Source: Hypanus sabinus
Lineage: Eukaryota
Length of the DNA: 64,000 nucleotides
Direction of reading: 5' to 3'
Assembly: GCF_030144855.1 (NCBI RefSeq)
Contig: NC_082739.1
Coordinates: 6,820,001 to 6,884,000 of the forward strand
Made by a program: the position numbers and the translations under genes. The notes beneath the pieces are model-generated. The model had not been told where the DNA came from, ran no database searches, and was given only the letters and a program-made list of their open reading frames with translations. Every line of letters begins with the position of its first letter. Position 1 is the first letter of the stretch. This document shows, piece after piece, positions 12,620 through 24,267 of this stretch.

Positions 12620-14185
12620 AACAACACGCACAAAATGCTGGTGGAACACAGCGGGACCGGCAGCATCTATAGGGAGAAACACTGTCAACGTTTTGGGCCG
12701 TCACCCTTCGTCAGGACTTACTGAAAGGAAAGATAGTAAGAGATTTGAAAGTAGAGGGGGAAGGGGGAAATGTGAAATGATAGGAGAAGACCGGAGGGGG
12801 TGGGGTGAAGCTGAGAGCCGGAAGGGTGATTGGCAAAAGGGATACAGAGCTGGAGAAGGGAAAGGATCATGGGACAGGAGGCCTTGGGAGAAGGAAAGGA
12901 GGTGTGTGGAGGGGGGGGGGGAGCACCAGAGGGATTTGGGGAACAGGCAAACAACTAAATATATCAGGGATGGGGTAAGAAGGGGAGGAGGGGCATTAAC
13001 AGAAGTTAGAGAAGTCAATGTTCATGCCATCAGGTTGGAGGCTACCCAGCCGGTATATAAGGTGTTGTTCCTCCAACCTGAGTGTGGCTTCATCTTGACA
13101 GTAGAGGAGGCCATGGATAGACATATCAGAATCGGAATGGGACATGGAATTAAAATGGGTGGCCACTGGGAGATCCTGCTTTTTCTGGCGGACCGAGCAT
13201 TGCTGTTCCACGAAACGGTCTCCCAGTCTGCGTCAGGTCTCACCAATATATAAAAGGCCACACCGGGAGCACCGGATGCAGAATACCACACCAGCTGACT
13301 CACAGGTGAAGTGTCGCCTCACCTGGAAGGACTGTCTGGGGCCCTGAATGGCGGTGAGGGAGGAAGTGTAAGGGCAGGTGTAGCACTTGTTCCGTTTACA
13401 AGGATAAGTGCCAGGAGGGAGATCGGTGGGAAGGGATGAGGGGGGGGACGAGTGGACAATGGTCGCGTAGGGAGCGATCCCTGCAAAAAGTAGAAGGGGG
13501 GGGGGGGGGGGAGGGAAAAATGTGTTTGGTAGTGGGATCCCGTTGGAGGTGGCGAAAGTTACGGAGAATTAAACGTTGGACCTGGAGCTGGTGGGGTCGT
13601 AGGTAAGGACAAGGGGAACCCTATCCCGAGTGGGGTGGTTGGTGGATGGGGTGAGGGCAGATGTGCAGGAAATGGGAGAGATGCGTTTGAGAGCAGAGTT
13701 GATGGTGGATGAAGGGAAGCCCCTTTGTTTAAAAAAGGAAGTCACCTCCTTCGTCCTGGAATGAAAAGCCTCATCCTGAGAGCAGATGCGGCGGAGATGG
13801 AGGAATTGTGAGAAGGGGATAGCCTTCTTACAAGAGACAGGGTGGGAAGAGGAATAGTTCAGGTAGCTGTGGGAGTCTGTAGGCTTATAGTAGATATCAG
13901 TAGATAAGCCGTCTCCAGAGATGGAGACAGAAAGATCAAGAAAGGGGAGGGAGGTGTCAGAAATAGACCAGGTAAATTTGAGGGCAGGGTGAAAGTTGGA
14001 GGCAAAGTTAATGAAGTCGACGAGCTCAGCACACGTGCAAGAGGCAGCAGCAATGCAGTCGTCGATGTAGCGAAGGAAACGAGGGGGATGGATACCGGTA
14101 TAGACTTGGAACATGGACTGTTCCACAAAGCCAACAAAAAGGCAGGCATAACTGGGACCCATACGGGTGCCCATGGCTACACCCT
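12620..14185 (-). mobile_element. Penelope-like retroelement, 5'-truncated (RT C-terminus, GIY-YIG endonuclease, 3' terminal repeat)
   Basis: ORF 13569-14174 has MGTRMGPSYACLFVG..RYIDD..LPFLD..TDIYYKPTDSHSYL. ORF 12996-13211 has PVATHFNS..RLEEQHLIYRLGSLQPDGMNIDF. Both are typical of Penelope elements. A hammerhead-like motif lies at about 12682-12720. Confidence 0.9.
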
Positions 14186-16231
14186 TGGATTTAAGGTATT
14201 TAAGGGGAAGGGGTCTCAGTGAGCTAAAGTGAAATAGACTGATGTGCTAATTAGGGTTGGCGGAGCAGAGTCCTGTTGAGTGTAAACCATGTATAGATCA
14301 GTAGGGCTGAGCGGCCCATTTCTGAGCTGAAATTAATTCCCAAAATGCAATTGAATAGCCTGCCAAACCTCATTACAGAGGCTCAAACTACAACAAAGGG
14401 CCACCTGGGCAACGGAGTAAAAGGCTGCTGTATTAATCAGACAAGACAACCATTGGCAGAACAAAAGATCTGCTGGCTATGTCAATGCGACTCTTAACCT
14501 TTGACCTGCCAACTCTGGACAAATCCATGTCCTGTGCCCAGCCATTTCACAATCTCTTGGCCAAATCTGATGTGCGTGGCTGACATGACACTTGGTCAAA
14601 CATTACACCTCAGCCTCCAAAATGGCAGTACAGAGTTCAAAATGATAACACGAAAAAACAACAGATTGTTGTGGCAGTATCATTGAACTTATTCAGACAT
14701 TTTAAACCAGTGTTTGCATCTCATCCAGGAACATTTAACCTTCACCCAGTATGTGTCGAAACACAATTAGTTATGAGGAGACATTGTCTAAGCTAGGTTT
14801 TCTTCTTTGGAAGAAAGGAAACTCGGGAAAGATTTAACTGAGAAGTATAAAATGATGAAATATCTGCACAAGGTAGATTTCAGGTTCTCATGTCCCTTAG
14901 CAGAGAGCCTAGTAACCAAGGAGTATAGATTTAGAATCAAAAATCATGTTTAATATAATTGGTGTATGTTATGAAGATTGTTGTTTTCTGGCAGTAGTAC
15001 AGAGCAATACATAGTATTTTTAAAAACAAATTATAATGAGAAATATATACATATATAAATATTAAATTAAATTGGCTTGAGAAAGTAATATTTTACTCAA
15101 CATGTGGTGGGAGTCAGAAGCTCATTTTCTGAAAGGGGCAGTGTGGACAAAACCTATAGACTGTACTTAAAAGCATTTAATGAGCAGCAAATTCAAGGTT
15201 CAAGACTAAGACAGGAAAGCATAGATCCAGTGAGCAAATGTCTGTCATCTGTGAACGACATTTCAAATATTTGAAGAAATAATTTCAAGTCTCACTCTTT
15301 CACAGATGCACAAAGTTAGCTCATTGTTTGATGCACAAAGATACAAAAATTAATTACAAATGTCCTATCACTACAAACCTTCTCACTGTCACAGATCAAA
15401 CGTGTTTCACAAAAGGTTAATGTACTGTGTAACTGCTCAAGCAAGAAGAGTTCAGCTGTTTAATGAAGTAATCCACTGATTTATTTAGAACTGTACAGAA
15501 AGCAATGTTGGAAATAGCCTTTCAACCACGATCTCAGCGAGGGCATCCAGTTGGCCTCACTTCCCTGCTCTTATTCTCATTCCTTAAATAGTTTTACCCA
15601 CCTTTCTCCTTTCAAGTATTTATTCAATTCCATTTTTAAAAGTTATTACAATTGTATTCATCTCATTGTATTCTCAGGTGTGTTGGGTTCTTGGCTACAG
15701 AAACAATAGCAGGAGGGTTGTGGAGCATGAGATCTTTAAGACAAGAGAGTTTGAAAGAGACCAGACATCATGGAACACTACAAGATTCAATCAGAGCACC
15801 TGCACTGACAAAAATCTTCTCAGTGGAAAATGTTGAAGATGATTTCAAATAAAAAGCCAGGGCCTTCATCCAGTCTCTCAATGGATATCTGTCTAAATCT
15901 TTCCTCTGGATGTACTAAATCTACTTGTCATTTTAAAAAATTGCTTCCTCTTCATTTCATTCCAATTTCCTTTATTGTTTTACCCTGAGACAGCAATCAA
16001 AAGCCATCCTCTCACATAACTCAAGATCTAAACTCATTTCAGCCCCATTTTTATCTGTGCAGGAGACAATGGCATCACTAATGGGAGTCACCATTTCAAT
16101 AGCTACACTCAGGTGGTGATAGGCAACAATCTGGAACTGCCATCCTTGACTGGTGAGGGCACTCCCACATGGCCAGTGGGTACATTGCAAGATTTTCACC
16201 CAGTTGATGACAAGGAAACAGCAATATACTG

Positions 16232-16805
16232 TACATATTGTTGTATTGAGAGCATCCTGAGCAGCTGCATCACTGCCTGGTTCGGAAATTGCACCATCTC
16301 GGATCGCAAGACCCTGCAGCGGATAGTGAGGTCAGCTGAGAAGATCATCGGGGTCTCTCCTCCTGCCATCATGGACATTTACACTACACGCTGCATCCGC
16401 AAAGTAAACAGCATTATGAAGGACCCCATGCACCCCCTCATACAATCTCTTCTCCCTCCTGCCGTCTGGGAAAAGGCTCTGAAGCACTCGGGCTCTCAAG
16501 ACCAGACTACGTAACAATTTCTTCCCCCAAGCTATCAGACTCCTCAATAGCCGAAGTCTGGACTGACACCTTGCCCTATTGTCCTGTTTATTATTTATTA
16601 TAATGCCTGCACTGTTTTTGTGCACTTTACGCAGTCCAGTGTAGGTCTGTAGTCTACTGTAGCTTTCTGTGTTTTTTTTTATTATGTAGTTCAGTCTAGT
16701 TTTTGTACTGTGTCATGTAACACCATGGTCCTGAAAAACGTTGCCTCATTTTTACTATGTACTGTACCAGCAGTTATGGTCAAAATGACAATAAAAGTTG
16801 ACTTG
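16232..16805 (+). mobile_element. Rex1/Babar-like LINE 3' fragment
   Basis: IESILSSCITAWFGNCT..DRKTLQRIVRSAEKIIG..IMKDP.HP, followed by a 3'UTR ending caataaaagttgacttg. Confidence 0.8.
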
Positions 16806-17819
16806 TATTTTGAAGCAAGGAAATTGTCCAATTCAGTAGGAATTTCCTGCTCCTGTCTAGGGTCTTAACTTCATGGAATGTCTCACCAACCTTCATCTTC
16901 CTATAACCAACAAGCACTCAGGACCAAAAGGTGGCACAATCCCAGCCACTATTTCATTAATTTACTCTCTATCAATGTTCTGCATTTACTATGTATAAGA
17001 AAGGCTTCTAACTACTTACCAAAAAGTAATTCTGTAAGTTGATTTTGGATCAAATTTACATGAGGATTGGATGGCATTTACAAAACTTCCCTTTTCCATT
17101 AACTCTGGAAATTGTGGCTGTAACACATGATCCATCAGCCCTTCCTACTCTCTCCCCAGCTGCTCTTTAGTTAATTAGACTCTTTATTGCATAAACATAT
17201 TTGCTATTTTGGCATCCTCAAACACCATGTTTCTGATTTTGACCAAATTCCTAAGTGGTTTGTTTTTTTTTCTGTTGAGTACTGCAGAAGCCTGCCTAGA
17301 ACATTCTGTTTCTTCCTGCAGAACAGTTAGCCTTAAATTTAAAGGACAGTACTTGCTTATGCCTTTGATTGTATTCCCATCAGTAGCACTTCCAAACCAT
17401 TACATCTGCAATGAACAATCTGTAATTTAAATTGCCATGAAACTCCCTCTTTTTCCCTTTCCACATTTATCATACAAATAATAACTGTTAAAAGTTCTTC
17501 ACTCCTAACACAGTGTCTCAGACCCAATTCGTTCATTTGCATACAAACCGAAAGGACAAAGGTGCAATATTTTCCTCACATTCTTTCTCTAGTCATTTCT
17601 ACCTTTCTAAGGTAGTAAGCCCTCGCAGATCACACTGCAAGGACTATGCGCATTAATAGCTGATTCCAAACCAGAAAGACACACATTTTCAGGGAAGTCT
17701 ATTCAGTCGTGATATTTTGTTAAACTCAAAGCCAATCCACAAACAAGCACAAGGGCCTTTGAGCCACTGGATCCAGCTCCGAAGCACTGGCAGAGAAAAG
17801 CATGTAGATCAGGAATCAG

Positions 17820-17995
17820 AAACAAGAGATTCTGCTGATAACACACACCAAATGCTGGAGGAACTCAGTAGTTAAGCAGTATCAACGGAGAGTCTTGGCC
17901 CGAAATGCTGACTGCTTATTCCTCTCCATAGACACTGTCTGACCTGCTGAGTTCCTCCAGCATTGTTTGTGTTACTCTGGCAGAATCTCATGTTT
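17820..17995. repeat. Foldback element made of two inverted Penelope terminal repeats
   Basis: aaacaagagattctgc pairs with gcagaatctcatgttt, and aatgctggaggaactcag pairs with ctgagttcctccagcatt. Confidence 0.75.
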
Positions 17996-18638
17996 AAGGT
18001 AAATCAAATGATGGGAATTGCTCCAGCATTGTGTGTGCATAGGCCAGGGATCGTTTGATGCCAGAAAGGGACCAATGGAGCAGAAGCAGAGAGATCCAGG
18101 AACACTAGAAAGGTTGGACCTTTAGTTTGGGTGGAATCAAAGGGTTGGGAGTTTGAAGATCGGGTCAGAGGTGGGCTAGGGAAGACTTCAGACTAAAGGC
18201 CCAAGATGGAGATTGGTAGTAAATGGGAAGATGATGACATGGACTCAGCAGGCACTGACCAAGTACAGCTGCCTGAAGGGGTCTAGATGCTAGCCTTAGC
18301 TCTCTCATTCAATGTGCTTTTGTGCAAGTTATCCATTGGTAGGTCACAGGTGACAAATGAATGCTTCACACGTTGTACGTCATCTGACATCACTGCAGAT
18401 GCACCGAGAGCTAAATAAAATTAGCAAAACGCATGACCCCATCCCACTTAACAATCTGGTTTTTAAGATTTCATTCAGGGAGCACATGTTTTATTAAACA
18501 GAATTCTCATCCCCAAATGTTCATCAGCTTGTAAGTGCTGCTTTTCCTCATGGACTGCTGCTATGAGCAGTTAAAGCTTCAGGGGCACAAGATGGGAGAT
18601 TCTTTTATTGCTTTAAGATTACAAGCTGCACTCACACA

Positions 18639-18915
18639 CTCAGTGGCCACTTTATTAGGTACATCTGTGCACCTGCTCATTAATGCAAATAACTAATCAG
18701 CCAATCATGTGGCAGCAACTCCATGCATAAAAGCATGCAGACATGGTCAAGAGATTCAGTTGTTGAGACCAAACATCAGAATGAGGAAGAAATGTGATTT
18801 AAGTGACTTTGACCATAGAATGATTGTTAGTGCCAGATGAGGTGGTTAGAGTTTCTCAGAAACTGCTGACCTCCTGGGATTTTCATGCACAATAGCCTCT
18901 CGAGTTTACAGAGGC
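18639..18915 (+). mobile_element. Tc1/mariner transposon 5' fragment
   Basis: TIR-like cagtggccactttattaggtaca, followed by decayed transposase N-terminus coding sequence homologous to 63.66-64.0 kb. Confidence 0.7.
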
Positions 18916-21900
18916 ATGCTGATTTAAAATGAATTAATTTACTGTTATCAATCCATACTGTTGGGTTTACTAACCCTTTTCATGCCATTAACCAAGGGGT
19001 CTGTGGTTCCCAGATTTGGAACCTCTGGGCTAATGGTTAAACATCTACTGCTCAGCTTTTTCCAGAGCCATAGGTCAAATACCTCCAATACCTCCTCGAC
19101 AAGGCCCACACTTCAGACCCTCCATTTCTTTGCTCCTCAGAAAGAGCATGGATTTTATTCAAAATTATAAACTGTTTCTCTTCCCATAATTTTCTCAAAA
19201 CCTGTTCCTATAAACTTCAGCTAGGTGGAGTTTCTCTCCTTAAATGCACTTTTCTCTTCTGGTCCATGCAACGCTGGGACATTGAAGTCTCTGATCAGTG
19301 ACTTCATCTCAGGAGGTGCTGGACTAATTCACTATTGCAAGTTGTGAGAAGATAAAAGGGAAGAGAATTTATAAAACAAAGGCATTTTAAAATAGATAGC
19401 CACTATACTTTTGTCAGATTGCACCATTTTGCATGCAGGCAAGGTAATGTATAAAGAGGTTATACTTGAAAGTGATCAATTTTTTTCATTTAACGAATGT
19501 GTTAAGATAAGGGTTCAGCAAAGATGTAGAACACTCAAAATATTGTTTCTTTTTATCTCTCAACTTCCTTATCTAACCACAAGTGCACGGGTCTGTTCTT
19601 CAAGCATAGCAGCTATTTCACAACAGCCACCCGACTAGTCAACCAGGGGCCCAAATCTGCACTGAGGTTTGCGCTGGAAAGAAGTGAGCGAAGAAATACA
19701 AACTGTTTTCTTACGCAATGGTACAGGCTTATCTCTGCTCTTCAAATTCGGTTTACGATACCAGCTCTGCCTGTACAACCCGCATTCTGTAACTAGACTG
19801 GTAACCAGATTAACTGACTCCTTATTAACATTTTAAAAAGCATTAATGCAGCTGTACACTGGTCAGTGCGCAGTGGTTTTATATTTAATTAACCCAGAAA
19901 TTAAACAACAATAGAAAGCATACAGTGTGTTCTTTTGCATCAAACCTTCAATAGTAGAAACCTAAATTTTTCAGATCTTTCATTTTTAGAATTCGTGTTC
20001 TTAAATAATTCATTACGAGTTATATGTACAAATACGTTAATTGCATACAACATCATGCTACAACGGGCCTCACTTGAAGTAAAGTGAAAGTTAGACCCGT
20101 ATTTCGGACTCCTGCCCCCTTCTTTGAATTAGATTAATGTTTTGAAGTTTCAAAACTCTGTATTTCCAGTATCTGTCGAGTCTCTTTTATTTATTCCTGT
20201 GATTCCAATACTTCCTGATACCAGCTCAGCTTTACAGTTAAGACCAGAGAGATAGATTGTGCTCCACATTACATCTGGACACACACAATTTTCATTCAGA
20301 AGCTGCAAGTTTGAATCTTGATACCAGATGCTGTTTCCAAGACTCAGGTTCCATTCATGATTGTGCAAGATGTTTTGTGATATTTCTTTGGATTAAGGCA
20401 GCTTAAAGTTATTCTTGATTTCTTGAGAGTTTAAGAGTCATCAGAGCCCTGCTCATCCCATGGTCATAGTGTCCAATTGATGGTACCAGTGTGATGAAGA
20501 TCCCCTTGTTGTGATGGAGAAGCTTGCGAGTTCCTGAGATGCTGAAAGCGATGTTGTCTGGCATTTAGCCACCTTGCACTTAAGGTCAAAGGAGAAAATT
20601 CCGGACAAAGAGCAATCCAACCAAGACCTCAACTTTGGAGCTGACGGAAGATGATGGCACATCACAATAACAGTGAAGGCGGAGAAAGACTGCAGTAGTG
20701 AAGGTTTCTCAGTGGGCCCTGGCCCTGATCCGTTAAGGATCACGTGGTGACCGTCTATGCATCAGATTTCCCATTTAAACAAACTCACACACAGGCGTCC
20801 TCCACCCCAACTCTACCTAGTGACCAAGAGCATCAAAGAGTTAAACCAATTGCACTCCTGAAAAACAGAGGTGTTTGCATCCCAAGCACACTTAATGGAC
20901 AAGTTGGAGGTGGGGAGAGGGGAAAAATGGTACAAAGTCTCGACAATGAGCATGCAGGAAATCAGTGAGGCAGAATCAGCACTAACACAGCATTTATTAA
21001 AGAGGCAAGCTACATTATACAGGAAGGAGGGGACAGAAGTGAGGAAGACATGAGCTACCAGCACTGAGACTTGTCTGCTCAGCTGCATGACATTAACCAC
21101 AATTCTCTCATTTCAATAACTGATTTTCAGTTGTTAGCAAAGTTTAAAAAATTAAAAGTACCTTCAATGTTTAAGATAATTATGCAAAATAAAACATACT
21201 TGCTGATGTCTTGGAGGAATGTGCAGCTTTGAAGTGTTAACTAAATTCTAGAGTATGGATGGCAAAAAGGTCAATTATTGCTCTAAGCTACTGCCTTGTT
21301 TTGTACAATGTCATCATCTGATCTCAGGATTACAACACTATAGACATTAGCAGAAGTTACTCTTGTGGAGTCTCTGGAATAAACTGCCAGGACTCTAGAG
21401 GCACCCAAATCATGGAGAGTTTGTGCATCACTTCATATCGTAGAATTGAACAGAAAACCCAGATGTGCTATAGTCTAGTCCAACACAAGGTCACCCTAAG
21501 TAAAAGACCACCTTGCCCTCACAAAAGTTTGTCATCTAAACTCAGTGTACCAGAATCACTCATCATCCCACCCTGTGTGATATCCAGAACTGCAGAGCAC
21601 TAGAACCCTGTAGGATTGTAGGCAGGCTCGGCAGAAATAAAATTTATTTTAAAATAATTTCAACAGATGAAACCAAAGTTTATTTTTAAGACATTTATTT
21701 GGATCTTTATACTGTTTCAGGATTATAAAGGTTGGGATAGACACTTGAATAATAGGTGTCCTTATTAACAAAATGCAAAAAACAATTGTAAATTTTCCTC
21801 ACTTTAAACTACATAATATTTGCATGAAAGAGTTAACTGAAATTCAAGCTATTTAAGCTCTCATTAAATACATTCTAATATTTAACAATTAAAATACAAC

Positions 21901-22199
21901 AAAATGCAGAAATATTTTCCCCCTGATCTGAGTCCAAGGTGAATCTGACATTTACAAATAAAGTCAACCCCCATCAAGCCAAACCATAGAGACAGAACTG
22001 GTTGGAGAGTTAGGGAGAAGTGAGACCGCAAGAAGATTTGAATACATACATAAGCATTTTAGAATGGCAGCAATCTGTGAACAGAAGTCCGAGTTGGAGT
22101 ACAGACTTCAGATCGTTAGCTGAAGTCAAGTCCATATCTTGGCATGAACCAAGGGAAAAGCTAAAGACTTTCAATCTTAAAACCAAATTAAAAAATGTA

Positions 22200-22470
22200 C
22201 TTATTTACAGTATTGAGAGCAATGTGGAACAGGCCTTTCCAGCCCTTCCAGCCGTGACGCCCAGCAATCCGATTTAATCTGAACCTAACCACAGGCCAAT
22301 TTACAATGACCAATTAACCTATCAACTGGTACGTCTTTGGACCATGAGAGGAAACCTGAGTTACCAGAGGAACCCACGCATTCACAGAGAGAACTCTTTA
22401 CAGGCAGTGGTGGGAATTGAACCCGTGTTGCTGATACTGTAAAGCATTGTGCTAACCATTACACTACCGT
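22200..22470 (-). mobile_element. tRNA-derived SINE
   Basis: caatttacaatgaccaattaacct..gggaattgaaccc (B box on minus)..gctaaccattacac (A box on minus). Confidence 0.72.
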
Positions 22471-23104
22471 ATAACAACACAACTGCATCCAATCAAAAGA
22501 AAGGCTTAGCACCACATTGACAAATCTTGTATTCCAGGCAACATTCTAGTTGAAACATTTCACTCGTTTGTGAAAGGATAATAGATGTCTTGGTTTGCAA
22601 CATTCACAAAACACTTTCTCTATTTAATATCAATTGGTAGAATTTAAAAATGTTGAAACAGTTCAAGGAAAGACTTGTAAATCTTCAAACAAATCTTCTG
22701 AGATTTGCATAAAGACTGAAATACCTTTTCTACTGCCAAATTAAGGGCGCAAACGAGTACTGACATTGTCAAATTATGGTGCAGAATTCCTCCAAACTGT
22801 GCTCTAATTGGGGCTTATATCTGTTAAAGCCTATAAACCATTTAACAAAATCAATTCCCAGTCAATTGATTATTGACATTGACAACCAAGATATAATCAA
22901 CATGTCAAAGTTAGCTGGGTAGGAGTCAGCCTTCACCCTGAATACAGCTCAGGAAACTCCCAGGATGAGCTGACCCGAGGCAGATCTATGGTGAAGTCCA
23001 ATGTACTGAAAAGTCAAAATCCATGCCAATTTCTCCACCCGACTACCACAGTTCATCCTTTTCTCCTTCCTATCAACCGAGTCGATCAGCCTTTCCTCCT
23101 CTGC

Positions 23105-23600
23105 TTGGCATGTCATCGAAGACCTGGACATATATCCAGACATGTATAGTGGAAAGCATTCTGACTGGTTGCATCACAGCCTGGCAATGGGATTCCAATA
23201 CACAGGAACAAAAAGAGGCCACAGCAAGTGGTGGATTCAACCAGTTCCATCATGGGTACAACTCGCCCACTATTAAGGACACCTGCAGGAGGCAATGACA
23301 TCCATCATTCAAAGGACTCACCAGAAGAGCTATTCCTTCTTCTCAATGCTACCATTATACAGGAGATCCAGGAGACAGAAGACCCACACCTCAAGGTTCA
23401 ACAATAGCTTCTTCCCCATTGCCATCAAGTTCTTGAATGCACCCGAAAACCCTAATAACTACTTTTTCCTCCAGTTGAACTAATTTAATTGTTTATTTTT
23501 GTCTTGCATGCATAATTTATGTAAATTTTAAGTTTGTAACCTAGATTTGTCATACTTCTACTACAAAAAGCTGACGTTCATGACATTTATAATATGCGTA
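23105..23600 (+). mobile_element. Rex1/Babar-like LINE 3' fragment
   Basis: CIVESILTGCITAW and THTSRFNNSFFP.AI.FLN motifs. Confidence 0.7.
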
Positions 23601-24267
23601 TGTGTGCCCATGACAAAAAAATGAATGAACTCCAAGGTGATCCTGACAAAATTAGCATTCCTAACAGTTTTAACCATTAGCAAGGGATCAATGGCCTGTT
23701 AGCACGATTCAGGACGAGATTGTGTGCCAACACCTTTACTTGTGTGTGAGCTCAGCGTCAGCCAGCTACCTCATCACCTCCAACAGTAACTGCCTCCATT
23801 GTGGGCTCCAAATAATGATATATCCCCTTTCATCAACTCCTCATGCCCAATGTGCCAAACTTGGTTGCTTTACCAGTGCCAGCTACCAAGGTTAGGTAAT
23901 ACAGCCGACCACAGGACTTTCCTCGCCCATCTCCCTCGGGGTTGCCTCATAATAAGGAATGTTCATTCAAAGGTGAGACATTGCAAACAGGCCATTAGAA
24001 GAGCCATTGAGATGATCGGCAACCACTCTGATTACATCTATTCATGAATATTCTCCACTTGATTAGGACAAATTAACACAACATACAGCAATTAAACTTC
24101 TCTTGTTCCAAAAATAAATACTCAGCAAAAATTACAATTCCAAAGACAAATTTGAGGATAGCTTGGGGCAAAAACAAATCAACTTTCATAATTATGGCGG
24201 ACTGAGCTCCTAAAATGAAGACATCCAATCAAGGAGAACAAAGTGACCGTCTGAGGAAAAAAACCCT

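Noticed and set aside
12693-13253. 186-aa plus-strand ORF, the 186-aa ORF at 40061-40621 and the many ORFs overlapping 24.2-26.4 kb
   Set aside because: These are antisense or alternative-frame shadows of Penelope and Gypsy sequence.
13495-13515. Poly-G/poly-C tracts (also about 11910, 47330, 50315, 51270, 53160, 54545) as functional G-quadruplexes
   Set aside because: They are simple homopolymers, several inside repeats, with unreliable length and no supporting context.
17298-17312. Near-GRE sequences (AGAACAttcTGTTTC; also about 19920, 35072 and 47043)
   Set aside because: Each lacks one of the invariant G/C positions, and such matches are expected by chance.
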